Of a stretch of 31,976 nt of DNA, positions 1-9,080 are shown in pieces (position 1 is the first letter of the stretch; the number at the start of each line of letters is the position of its first letter). Location: assembly GCA_042217585.1 (NCBI GenBank), contig JBDGSJ010000003.1, forward strand, positions 1-31,976, read 5' to 3'. Under the pieces are notes generated by a model. The model was not told the origin of the DNA. It did no database searches and saw only the letters and a program-made list of their open reading frames with translations. The position numbers and the translations under genes were made by a program. The stretch is from Candidatus Nanohaloarchaea archaeon (lineage in GTDB: Archaea > Nanohalarchaeota > Nanosalinia > Nanosalinales > Nanosalinaceae).

Positions 1-27
1 TAGAAGAAGTAAATGGTAGGGAAGAGC

Positions 28-216
28 TTACGCTCTCCGGGTTCCTTTCCACTCGTTCACTATGTTCTGGCCCTTGCTCTTCCTTGTCTCGTTGCCGCCG
101 TTGTTGTTCACATGTTCCTGAGCCCTGTGGATTCCTTCCTTCGTAATGGCGTCACCGTCCTCGTCGCTGTGGAAAGTCTCGCCACAGTAAGGACATTCTG
201 CTGATTCGTCTGTCAT
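28..216 (-). CDS. Small C2H2-type zinc-finger protein
   Basis: 62 aa, CPYC-x18-H-x4-H (CPYCGETF...GIHRAQEH), ATG start, acidic composition. Confidence 0.7.
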   Translation of the reverse strand: MTDESAECPYCGETFHSDEDGDAITKEGIHRAQEHVNNNGGNETRKSKGQNIVNEWKGTRRA

Positions 217-327
217 GTCACAAACACCTAAACCGATGAAAGCTGTAGAGTAACGTTAGATTTAAGGATACAACCTACCATCCGGGAGTAACTTTTTTAA
301 ATGTATTCGATGTGCACCAGTCCCGAA

Positions 328-3090
328 CTACTCTGTCAGCCGGTCCTCATCCAACGGATCGATCCTGAAGGTCTCATCCCGGTCGACCATATAAATCTCT
401 GCCCGGACCTCGCCGTCGTAGATCCGCCTGGCCGCATGGTAGTAGGCGCTCAGCTGTGGCCTGTACTTCTCAGGGTCTCCTTCCCCGGTTTTCAGGTCCA
501 CCAGGCGGGTGAGGTCTTCCTTCCTTGCCACGATGTCTGCCCGTCCCTCAAGGGTGACGCCGTCGAGAGGAAGAAGGAACGTCTTCTCCGTCGAGATCTC
601 TCCATCCAAACCGTCGATAAATGATGCTATCCTCTCTTCTTCCCCGGTTCCGGGCTCCTTTTCTTCCTTCACGTATCTCTCCGCGAACCTGTGGAGTTCC
701 TTACCCCTCTCCGACGACTCGTCCTCCAGGTCCACGATGCCGCGGACCGATCTCTTCTCCACTGGTTTCCCGCCGGGTATCTCGGGTTCGAATACCTTCC
801 CCTGGCCGGACCTGTCGACCTCCTCGACCTCGGGTTCAGCGTCGGTCCTCTCCACCGGTAGACCTGTGAAGAACTCGGATTCTCTCCCGTTCTCCGCCGT
901 GAAGAAAAGGTGCTGCTCGGCTCGTGTGGCGGCTACGTAGAAAAGCCGTCTTTCCTCGTCGTACTCTCCAGTCAGTGTCTTGAACAGTATCTCGGACCGC
1001 CAGTTGTCGTATGTGTAAGGGACCTCCGAGTCGTCGTATATCTTCCTCATCCGTAGACCCACCGGGTCCTCGTACTCTATCCTCCGGGAGCTGGAGTTCG
1101 TAGAGGGGAACCTCGTTTCGTTGATATCGGATATGAAGACGATAGGGTACTCAAGTCCCTTCGCGGAATGGATGGTCTGGATCGTTACCACGTTTTCGGT
1201 CATGCTGTTGTCGACCTCGTAGATCTCCCCAGCCTCAATATTGTCCTCGATGAACTGTATTATCTGACCCAGGTTCATGTAGCTGGACCGGAAGGTCTCC
1301 TGCAGGACCTCTATTATGCGGTCCGTGAAGCCGTCGTTCATCCCGTACCGGTTGAATACCTGTCTGGCTACAGCGCCGACTGATTCCTGTTCCTCGAGCT
1401 GTTCTCTGAAGCCCTCCATGTCTCCGGGGTAGTCTTCCTCCTCCAGCAGGTGTTCCGACTCTTCGATCGAGTATCCTGCCTCCTCCAGGACCACGGCCCA
1501 TCCCCTTCGCGAGTCGGAGTTCAGTATCCTCAGCCACGCCAGGAGTATTATCGAGGGGTTCGTCTTGAACAGTTCGACTCCTCCCTCGTAAGCCACTGGT
1601 ATATCGTACTTCAACGCCTCCTTCTGGAGCTGGAGGCCGAAGTTCCGGGTCCTTGTCAGCACCGCTATGTCGCCGTAATCCGGGACACCGCCTTCGATCC
1701 TGTACTCCCCGCTGTCGACCACGTCCTGTATCCGGGAAAGGACCGCCTTCACTTCGTCGTCGGAACTGAAGGCCTCTATCCTTGAATCGAGGTCCCGGTC
1801 CGCCTCGAGCGAGGTTATCTCCTCACGTATCTTCTCCCCGTCGAGGTCCTCGTACTCCGTAGCGGGGAGGGTGAGCGTCTCCTCGGCGACGTCCAGAATA
1901 TCCTGTGAGGATCTGTAGTTCCTGACCAGCTTTATCTCCTCTACGTCATCGACCTTGAAACTTACCCTTTCACGGTCACGGTTCAGCTCCGACCTGTAAC
2001 GGTTTATTCTGTCCCGGAAACGCCTGATGTTCTCCACCGAGGCGTGCTGGAACCCGTAGATGCTCTGCTTCCAGTCGCCGACGACGCAGATGTTCGGCTC
2101 GCCTGCGAAGAGGAGTGAGAGCTTGAACTGGAGTTCGTTGGTGTCCTGGAACTCATCTATCATGACGTAGCGGTACTCCAGGCTTTCCCTGAGTTCGTGG
2201 TTCTCCATCAAAAGGGTGAACGCGAAGACCATCAGGAAGCTGAAGTTCAGGTAGTTCCGCCTGAGGCAGTACTCCATGTACTCGAAGTAGACATCGTGGA
2301 CGAACTTCTTGAGTTCCTCGCGGTCCTCGTGGAAGGCCTTCTCGGCGAAGTCCCTGCGGACCTGCTTAGTACCTCTCCCGCCTCGTATCTCCTCTGAATC
2401 CGGTGCGTCCGAGGTGAAGCACTTGTACTGGAGGGAGTACAGCCGGCCTCGGAGGTCCGACTGCTTCTTCCCGTATGACGTCTCCTGGGGAGAGTTCGCC
2501 TCCTGGAACCTCTCCCTGAACTCGTCGTAATCCCCGTCAAGGTAATCCTCCGTGTTCCGGAACCAGCCCTCGCGTACCGGGAACACTCCCTTGGCGGCCA
2601 GGGACTTCACGAGGTCCAGGAGCTCGGTGTACTCGTAAGAGACCCTGTAAAACCGGGAGTACTCGGGGTGGTCCTCGATGAACAGGTCCATGAAGGACTC
2701 GAACTCCTGCTCCTCCCTGATCTTGCTCTCCATCACGTCCACTGACTCGGTTATCGAATCATCTATACCGAGTATCTTAGGCGCGGAGACGCCGTGAGAC
2801 ATCAGTATGTCCCGGCATAGGCTGTGGAACGTTGATATAGGGGCGTCGTACAGCTGGGATGCGGAGTAATCAGTCCTCTCGATTATCCGCTCCTTCATCT
2901 CATCCGCCGCGTTGCTGGTGAAAGTGACGAGCAGGAGGTCCTCGGGCTCCACATCTTTCCGGGAAAGTATGTTCGCGTACCGCCGGGTGATGGTGAAGGT
3001 CTTCCCGGTCCCCGCCCCGGCATCGACCAGGTAGATGCCCTCAGTACCCTCGATCAGTCTCTCCTGGCTCTCGTTTGGTTCGTGTCCCAT
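328..3090 (-). CDS. UvrD/REP-family SF1 helicase with C-terminal PD-(D/E)XK nuclease (AddA/AdnB-like)
   Basis: Walker A AGAGTGKT, TFT, STFHS, IDEFQDTN, VGDWKQSIYGF, NYRS, TIHSAKGLEY, EERRLFYVAATRA; C-terminal GRAD...VDLKT...QLSAY RecB-type nuclease motifs. Confidence 0.92.
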   Translation of the reverse strand: MGHEPNESQERLIEGTEGIYLVDAGAGTGKTFTITRRYANILSRKDVEPEDLLLVTFTSNAADEMKERIIERTDYSASQLYDAPISTFHSLCRDILMSHGVSAPKILGIDDSITESVDVMESKIREEQEFESFMDLFIEDHPEYSRFYRVSYEYTELLDLVKSLAAKGVFPVREGWFRNTEDYLDGDYDEFRERFQEANSPQETSYGKKQSDLRGRLYSLQYKCFTSDAPDSEEIRGGRGTKQVRRDFAEKAFHEDREELKKFVHDVYFEYMEYCLRRNYLNFSFLMVFAFTLLMENHELRESLEYRYVMIDEFQDTNELQFKLSLLFAGEPNICVVGDWKQSIYGFQHASVENIRRFRDRINRYRSELNRDRERVSFKVDDVEEIKLVRNYRSSQDILDVAEETLTLPATEYEDLDGEKIREEITSLEADRDLDSRIEAFSSDDEVKAVLSRIQDVVDSGEYRIEGGVPDYGDIAVLTRTRNFGLQLQKEALKYDIPVAYEGGVELFKTNPSIILLAWLRILNSDSRRGWAVVLEEAGYSIEESEHLLEEEDYPGDMEGFREQLEEQESVGAVARQVFNRYGMNDGFTDRIIEVLQETFRSSYMNLGQIIQFIEDNIEAGEIYEVDNSMTENVVTIQTIHSAKGLEYPIVFISDINETRFPSTNSSSRRIEYEDPVGLRMRKIYDDSEVPYTYDNWRSEILFKTLTGEYDEERRLFYVAATRAEQHLFFTAENGRESEFFTGLPVERTDAEPEVEEVDRSGQGKVFEPEIPGGKPVEKRSVRGIVDLEDESSERGKELHRFAERYVKEEKEPGTGEEERIASFIDGLDGEISTEKTFLLPLDGVTLEGRADIVARKEDLTRLVDLKTGEGDPEKYRPQLSAYYHAARRIYDGEVRAEIYMVDRDETFRIDPLDEDRLTE

Positions 3091-3094
3091 CGGT

Positions 3095-5656
3095 TCACCT
3101 CACTATCATGTCCCGGTAACGGGTCTCGTCGAGGTCGGCATCTCCCACCGGGAACCGGGTCTCCCTGTACTCCTCAAGGTTTTCTAACTGCTTCTCAAGG
3201 AACTCCTCGAACCTGTCCAGGTCCTCCCTGAAGTAGTTCGTGGTCCTGAACTCGACGAGCTTCGAAAGAGCACTCATGCATCCCTTCTCCACGTACTTGT
3301 AGTCGCCAACCCTTTCCCTGGCGTACGATACGAACTCCTCCGCGAGATCGGACTCCTTTACCTCGTCCTTCTCGTAGAAATCCGGTAGATTTCTTTCCTG
3401 GAAGAAGTTTCTGAAATCAGGCCAGGTCAGCTTTTCAAGCGTCTTCCTCCTGTCATTCGACTGCGCCACGCCTCTTATCAGGTACTCGAACACTTCTATG
3501 TCCTCCATCTTCTCGCTGAACTCCACGGGATAGTAGGTCAGGGTTACGACGTTCTCCTCGCTGTCGCCGTCACCCTGCACCTCGTCATTTATGTTCTGGA
3601 GGAAGTAGACGTAACTGAACTTTATTTTTTCGCCGGGATTCTTCCGCCTGTGCTGGAGCAGGTAGAGGATCGGCTGGAAGTCAGGTTCGTCCTCGTACAG
3701 GTCCACGTTGGACTGCTTCACGATCTTCGATGGGCTTCGGGCGTAGGTACTGCTCTTGTAATCGACCAGATGGTTCTCGTCCAGCAGAAGGTCCACCTTC
3801 CCAGTAACCCCGATGCCGTCGTCGTTGAACTCGAGCTCCGTGATCCGGGTCCTTATCTCCCTGTCGAACTCGGCGGCGAAGAAGTTCTCCATATCGGTCT
3901 TGCTGTACCCCTCCGGGTCCTGACGGCCTAAATCCCTTGAATCAATGAAGCTCCTGATGTTCTGGATTCCTATCCTGAACTCGGTCCTCAGCTCTTCCAG
4001 GTCCAGGTCCTCGACGTAGGGTGAGATCTCCGCCACCATCTTCTCCACGAACACGTCGACCCCTTTTTCGTCCACGAAACCCGGATGGCTCACGTAGAAC
4101 TCGGCGAAGTCGTGGAAAAGGTTCCCCTTGACCAGGTACTCCTGCTCGGTGTCGGCGACGAGACGTGAGAAATAGTATGCCCTGGGACAGTGGACAAGCC
4201 TGTTCAAACGGGACTGGCTGATAAGGTCCGGAGGATTCTCCTCTGCTTCGACCTCTTCCTTCTGGAAGCTGCTCACGTCGGCGTCGGGAGGGCTCTGGTA
4301 CCTTTCATGAGGGAAGTCCGTGAAGGATTCGACATCCATCAGGTCGTTGAAGTAGAAACACGGCTGGACCTCCTCGTTGTACTCTCGGTCCTGCACCATG
4401 TAGTAGTTCCTCTCCCCGTTCTGGATCAGGACCTGGAAATCCTTCAGGTTCCGCTGCTCCTCATACTCCTCGTCGCTCCACGGATTTCCACCGGTCTCTC
4501 TCATCCACTCCGAGTCCATGCCGAGGTGGAAGACCACGGGACGGTCCACGTAAGCCGCTGAATCCGGCGAGACGAGCAGGACCCCCTGATCCACCGTATC
4601 AACCGGCAGGTCGAAGGAGTCAAGATAGTACTCGAGCCGGGAAAGGTTCTCGCGGGAGACCTTCTCATCCTCCAGGCCGACATCCTCGAGCACCTCCCTG
4701 AAGCCGTGCTCCCGTCCCTTTATCTCCTCGTAACGGTCCAGGACCTCCGAAAAGGTCAGGTTTTCGACCATGTTGAGCAGCAACCGGAACTCCTCGACCC
4801 TGTCGCTCTCCAGGTCCTCAAGGTACCTGTTGTTCTGCACCTCGGAAGCCTCGATACTGAGCTGCTTGAGGACGGGCTGGACATCCCTGACGCGGAGTCT
4901 TCCCCGGGAGAACGAGGCGCGTAGCAGGTTCACGAAGGTCCTCAGGTCCTCGTCCTCCGAGTAATCGGTCGAGGTGTTGTAGGGTATCTCCTCAGAGTTG
5001 AGCATCGACTCGACCAGCGGTCTGTACCTGGACTCGGGACTCATGACTATCGCCACCCTGCCTGCGTTCCCCTGATCTATATTTCTTCTAAGCGCCTCCA
5101 CTATCTCCGTTGTCGACGAGAAGATCCTGAAATCCGGCAGGGTAAAACTTTCCTCCGTTAAGACCTCGAAACTATCGTACTCATCCGGGATGACCCTCCG
5201 GTCCAGTTCATCGAACATGTACTCCCCCACAACCGCCACATCCTTCCCTGGGTCAACCTCGTACCTCTCCATAGCCGCGAACGGGTTCGGGGAGTCGCTG
5301 AGGACCTCCAGCACCTCTCTCATCTCCTCGGAGTCGAACTTCTCGTATCTCAGGATCCTGTTGAGTTCTCCCGTATCCTGCCAGCACTCGAGCGCCGCGT
5401 CAAGCAGGTAAGAGGCCTGCTTCCAGGGCATATCGGTCTTCTCGATTATCTTGAGGAAAAGGTCCCTCCTGAAGTCGATATCCTCCGTCTCCCCGTAAGC
5501 CAGTCTCATCGGTGTCGCCGCGAGCAGACCCTCTCTCGCCCCGTCTATCCGGGAGTTCAGGGCATCGGCCAGTGGCGCGTCGACGGTAAGGACAAGATCG
5601 TAGTTCGAGACCTCCTCGTAGATACTGTCGATCCGCTTCGCCTTCTCAATCTCCAC
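3095..5656 (-). CDS. AddB-like partner: degenerate helicase region plus PD-(D/E)XK nuclease
   Basis: ISQSRL..HCPRAYYF, KGNLFH, GKVDLL..LVDYKS, QPILY; no Walker A; ends 4 bp before the helicase start. Start moved from 5812 to GTG 5656 because the upstream 52 codons are atypical and overlap a micro-ORF. Confidence 0.82.
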   Translation of the reverse strand: MEIEKAKRIDSIYEEVSNYDLVLTVDAPLADALNSRIDGAREGLLAATPMRLAYGETEDIDFRRDLFLKIIEKTDMPWKQASYLLDAALECWQDTGELNRILRYEKFDSEEMREVLEVLSDSPNPFAAMERYEVDPGKDVAVVGEYMFDELDRRVIPDEYDSFEVLTEESFTLPDFRIFSSTTEIVEALRRNIDQGNAGRVAIVMSPESRYRPLVESMLNSEEIPYNTSTDYSEDEDLRTFVNLLRASFSRGRLRVRDVQPVLKQLSIEASEVQNNRYLEDLESDRVEEFRLLLNMVENLTFSEVLDRYEEIKGREHGFREVLEDVGLEDEKVSRENLSRLEYYLDSFDLPVDTVDQGVLLVSPDSAAYVDRPVVFHLGMDSEWMRETGGNPWSDEEYEEQRNLKDFQVLIQNGERNYYMVQDREYNEEVQPCFYFNDLMDVESFTDFPHERYQSPPDADVSSFQKEEVEAEENPPDLISQSRLNRLVHCPRAYYFSRLVADTEQEYLVKGNLFHDFAEFYVSHPGFVDEKGVDVFVEKMVAEISPYVEDLDLEELRTEFRIGIQNIRSFIDSRDLGRQDPEGYSKTDMENFFAAEFDREIRTRITELEFNDDGIGVTGKVDLLLDENHLVDYKSSTYARSPSKIVKQSNVDLYEDEPDFQPILYLLQHRRKNPGEKIKFSYVYFLQNINDEVQGDGDSEENVVTLTYYPVEFSEKMEDIEVFEYLIRGVAQSNDRRKTLEKLTWPDFRNFFQERNLPDFYEKDEVKESDLAEEFVSYARERVGDYKYVEKGCMSALSKLVEFRTTNYFREDLDRFEEFLEKQLENLEEYRETRFPVGDADLDETRYRDMIVR

Positions 5657-5711
5657 ACCACAGGAACCGAAGCCAATATCTAATAATCTTCCGAAAACCG
5701 GTACTTTCCAG

Positions 5712-5825
5712 ATGACCAGCGAATGCCTGAAGAAGGGATGTGTCAGAAAGACGATGTTCCCGGTATGCAACCGGTGTTCCAGGGAAGAAAGATACCGCAG
5801 CTCCGGAAGCACAGTCGAGTTCTAG
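5712..5825 (+). CDS. Putative 37-aa Cys4 micro-protein
   Basis: Manual translation MTSECLKKGCVRKTMFPVCNRCSREERYRSSGSTVEF; C-x4-C-x8-C-x2-C; stop overlaps the convergent gene at CTAG. Confidence 0.5.
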   Translation: MTSECLKKGCVRKTMFPVCNRCSREERYRSSGSTVEF

Positions 5826-5926
5826 GGGTCGGAGCAGTCCCGGATGAAACCGCAGTTCCGGCATCTAAGTTCACATGCGACGTGCTCGACCATCTCGTCA
5901 CCGCAGTTCCAGCATCTACGGTCCAC
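5822..5926 (-). CDS. 34-aa zinc-finger micro-protein (C(P)XCG type, resembles HVO_2523 family)
   Basis: Manual translation from GTG: MDRRCWNCGDEMVEHVACELRCRNCGFIRDCSDP; two CxxCG knuckles and a DCSD tail. Confidence 0.8.
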   Translation of the reverse strand: MDRRCWNCGDEMVEHVACELRCRNCGFIRDCSDP

Positions 5927-5951
5927 ACCTATCCTTTTCTTCCCGCATCGT

Positions 5952-6614
5952 TTAACTTCCCCTCTTCTTCCTTAGCCTGTCGTAGTGGTCCAGCGCGTCC
6001 TGGACGTCTTCTGTCGTTATGTTCGGGAAGTTCTTCTGTATATGGTAGTATTCCGCGTAACTGGCGTTCCAGAGCGGGAAACCGGACAGGCACTCTCTTG
6101 TAGGATTGTCACCAGTCCTGACTACGAAATCTATCTCTGAACCGATCTCGAGGTTCTCCTTCATGTTTTCCCTGGTGTACTCTCCACTGTTCTCGGCTAT
6201 CTCCCGGGCGGATTCCAGTATATCCTCCTTGCCCGAGTAGGCCACCAGCATGTTGAGCTTTTTCTTGCCCTCGCTGTACTTCTCCTCAAGTTCCCTGAGC
6301 CTCTGGGAGATATCCTCGGGAAGCTTGCCCGGGGCGGTGGCAGCCCAGTTCACGCTGAAACCCGCCTCACCGACCTTCTCGAACAGTTCCTGGCTCTCCT
6401 TGAAGAGCTTGAATAGGTTCTCCAGCTCGCTCTCATCTCTCCGGAAGTTCTCCTCGGAAAGCATGTAAACCGTCACTTCCCTCACCCGGTCGCCATCAAA
6501 ATCACTGACGACGTCCTTTATAGTGTCCTTGGCTTTCCTGTAGGCCCTGAACTGGGTTATGCCGTTGCTCTCAGCGTATCGCCTGTTCCCATCCGGTATT
6601 ATCCCCACGTGCAT
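5952..6614 (-). CDS. uppS: cis-prenyltransferase (undecaprenyl diphosphate synthase family)
   Basis: HVGIIPDGNRRYA, SEENFRR, YSGKEDI, RTG...LSGFPLWNASYAE. Confidence 0.9.
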   Translation of the reverse strand: MHVGIIPDGNRRYAESNGITQFRAYRKAKDTIKDVVSDFDGDRVREVTVYMLSEENFRRDESELENLFKLFKESQELFEKVGEAGFSVNWAATAPGKLPEDISQRLRELEEKYSEGKKKLNMLVAYSGKEDILESAREIAENSGEYTRENMKENLEIGSEIDFVVRTGDNPTRECLSGFPLWNASYAEYYHIQKNFPNITTEDVQDALDHYDRLRKKRGS

Positions 6615-6658
6615 GACTATCTTAACCGGGATTTGAACGGCTACTTTTAATACGGTTT

Positions 6659-7867
6659 TTATTCGTATCTCAGGGCGTCAACCGGCTCCATCCGGGCAGC
6701 CCGCCTCGCTGGCAGGACCCCTGAAACAGCCCCGAGAACGGTAGAAAACAGTAGTGCGCCAAGTATCAGCTGTGGACCCATGTACGGTCTTATCGTGAGT
6801 TCGGCGAACCGGGTTATGCCCACTGCTCCGAGCCATGAAAGGCTCACGCCGAACAGGACACCGGCGAGACCTCCGAGAAAGCCGATGGCAGATGACTCCA
6901 GCATAAACAGGGCCAGGACCTGCCTGTTCTTGGCCCCTATCGCCTTCATAACCCCGATCTCCCGGGTCCTCTCTGCCACCGAGGTGTACATCGTGTTCAT
7001 GATCCCGACAGCCCCGACGAACAGGGAGATCGATGAGATACCTATCACGACGCCGCGGACCACGTTGAGTATGCTTGTGAAGGATTCCACGAGGTCCTCC
7101 TGTGTGGAGACGGTGAAAGGTTCGTCGCCTTTCTCTATCCCTCTACGGTTCCTGAGACTCTCCGCGACATCCTCCTCGACCTGGCCGGGCGAAAAACCTT
7201 CCTCGACCTCGGCGAAAATCCAGTCATAGGTCTCGGGACGATCCATAATCTCACGGCCCGTCTCCAGGGGAAGTATGACCGCGCTGTCGATAGAGGGATC
7301 GCCTGTCGGCGCAAGAACCCCGACCACACGGAACTGTCTCCCAGCTATCGTCAGCTGGGACCTGACGCCGAGGTCCTCCGAGAATATTCGGTTCGCCACC
7401 CTGCTCCCTATCACGACGTTGGACCTGTCGTTGCGCCTTATCATCCTGCCCTCCTTCACCTCCATGGCCCAGCTCTCCATCACGAGCTGCTTGTTCTTGC
7501 CTCCGGGTATGCTTATGACAGGGAGGTACTTCAGCTGGTCCTCCTTCTCCACGCCGGTGTTCATGAAAAGGGCTCCGTCTGCCGCTGCTATACCCTTCAC
7601 GTTTCTTACAGCCCTGAGGTCCGCGTCCGTCAGCCTGAAGTCGACGTTCCCCGCATTCGAGGTCAGGCTTCCACCCGGGTTCACGAATATCTTGTTCCCC
7701 CCTATGCTCTGGAACTCCCTCGCTATGGAGTTCTCAAGTCCCTGTCCCAGCGAGATCAGGGCCACGACCGCCGATATACCTATGAATATCCCTATGACGG
7801 TGAGGGCGGTCCTTCTCTTCCTCCTGAAGATGTTCCGGTAGCTCATCTTCGCGTATTCCTCTATCAT
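6659..7867 (-). CDS. ABC transporter permease (MacB/FtsX family)
   Basis: RTALTVIGIFIGI, extracellular domain, GIMNTMYTSVAERTREIGVMKAIGA, LPARRAARMEPVDALRYE. Confidence 0.92.
   Translation of the reverse strand: MIEEYAKMSYRNIFRRKRRTALTVIGIFIGISAVVALISLGQGLENSIAREFQSIGGNKIFVNPGGSLTSNAGNVDFRLTDADLRAVRNVKGIAAADGALFMNTGVEKEDQLKYLPVISIPGGKNKQLVMESWAMEVKEGRMIRRNDRSNVVIGSRVANRIFSEDLGVRSQLTIAGRQFRVVGVLAPTGDPSIDSAVILPLETGREIMDRPETYDWIFAEVEEGFSPGQVEEDVAESLRNRRGIEKGDEPFTVSTQEDLVESFTSILNVVRGVVIGISSISLFVGAVGIMNTMYTSVAERTREIGVMKAIGAKNRQVLALFMLESSAIGFLGGLAGVLFGVSLSWLGAVGITRFAELTIRPYMGPQLILGALLFSTVLGAVSGVLPARRAARMEPVDALRYE
6941..7009. repeat. 69-bp exact repeat, copy 1
   Basis: cgccttcataacccc...atgatcccgac identical to 8149-8217. 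Confidence 0.9.
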
Positions 7868-9069
7868 TTCTCGTACCTCAGCGCCTCCACGGGCTCAAGC
7901 TTTGCTGCTTTTCTCGCCGGTAAGAACCCGGAGATGGTCCCAACGAGGAACGCAAAAGCCAGAGAACCAAGGATGAGTTCCGGGCTTGTCCCGGGGGTCA
8001 TCTGTATACCGATCCTGGAAGAGATTATCTCGGAGGCGACATAGCTCACTCCCAGCCCTCCGATGACCCCGAGCAGGCCCCCAGTCAGACCGATTATACC
8101 GGACTCGATGAGGAAAATCCTGAGTATCTGCCAGTTCGTGGCACCGACCGCCTTCATAACCCCGATCTCCCGGGTCCTCTCTGCCACCGAGGTGTACATC
8201 GTGTTCATGATCCCGACGCCACCTACAAGCAGGGAGATCGTCCCGAGACCGACCAGGAATCCTCTGATAAGGCTGAGCTGGCTCTGGAAGGAATCAATTA
8301 TATCGGCCGCGGTCCTGGTCGTGAAGTCCTCCTCGTTCCTCTCGAGGTTCCTCGCCTGCCTCAGTGACTCCCTGACGTTCTGCTGGACCTCGCTCGGCGG
8401 GAAACCCTCCGCGGTCCTCGCTATTATCTGGTCGTAGACGTTCTCCTTCCCGGTTATCTTCCGGGCTTTCTCCATCTCCATGTAGATGTCTGCTCCGCCG
8501 GTCCCTGTCTGCTCCACGATACCTACCACGCGGAACTCAGAACCGTTTATCTCGATCTTGGACCTTAGATAGATCTCCTCGCTGAACGCGTTCCGGGCCG
8601 CCTGGGAGGTCACCAGTACGTTGTAGCTGTCGGTCCTCCTGATATATCTGCCCCGCAGGATCTCGACGCCCTGTGTTTCCCTGACAAGTTCTGCTCCTGG
8701 ACCGGTCGGCAGGCCCAGTACCGTCAAGAATTCGGTCTCGCCGCTGTAACTTATCTGCTTTGATGAGGATATAATACCTGTAGCCTCCGAGACTCCTCTG
8801 GTGTTCCGGACCGTCCTCAGGTCGTCTGACCTGAGTTTGGAGTTGCTGGCCGTGAAACGTGATGAGAGGCTTGAACCGCCCGGCGAGATAAAAACTTTGT
8901 CTCCGCCGAGCTCCTTGAACTCGCTCCGGACCGAGGATTCCAGCCCCTGGCCTATCGATATAAGGGCGACTATTGCCAGTATGCCGACGAAGGTCCCTAT
9001 GATGGTAAGCCAGGACCTCTTCTTCCTGTAACGGAGGTTCCTTATGACCAGGCGGAAGGAATCGAGCAT
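7864..9069 (-). CDS. ABC transporter permease (MacB/FtsX family), paralog
   Basis: Same architecture and motifs; ATGA overlap with the downstream permease. Confidence 0.92.
   Translation of the reverse strand: MLDSFRLVIRNLRYRKKRSWLTIIGTFVGILAIVALISIGQGLESSVRSEFKELGGDKVFISPGGSSLSSRFTASNSKLRSDDLRTVRNTRGVSEATGIISSSKQISYSGETEFLTVLGLPTGPGAELVRETQGVEILRGRYIRRTDSYNVLVTSQAARNAFSEEIYLRSKIEINGSEFRVVGIVEQTGTGGADIYMEMEKARKITGKENVYDQIIARTAEGFPPSEVQQNVRESLRQARNLERNEEDFTTRTAADIIDSFQSQLSLIRGFLVGLGTISLLVGGVGIMNTMYTSVAERTREIGVMKAVGATNWQILRIFLIESGIIGLTGGLLGVIGGLGVSYVASEIISSRIGIQMTPGTSPELILGSLAFAFLVGTISGFLPARKAAKLEPVEALRYEK
8149..8217. repeat. 69-bp exact repeat, copy 2
   Basis: Identical to 6941-7009. Confidence 0.9.
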
Positions 9070-9080
9070 CGTCCACTACC

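Noticed and set aside
5657..5812. N-terminal extension of the 905-aa ORF
   Set aside because: Non-acidic composition, spans an AT-rich promoter-like tract and overlaps the micro-ORF
5794..5918. Near-repeats ccgcag(t/c)tcc spaced about 51-55 bp apart, CRISPR-like at first sight
   Set aside because: Two copies are the RCxNCG codons of the zinc-finger micro-ORF; the repeats are too short and there are no cas genes
6941..8217. DGR template/variable repeat pair
   Set aside because: Copies have no adenine-specific mismatches and there is no reverse transcriptase
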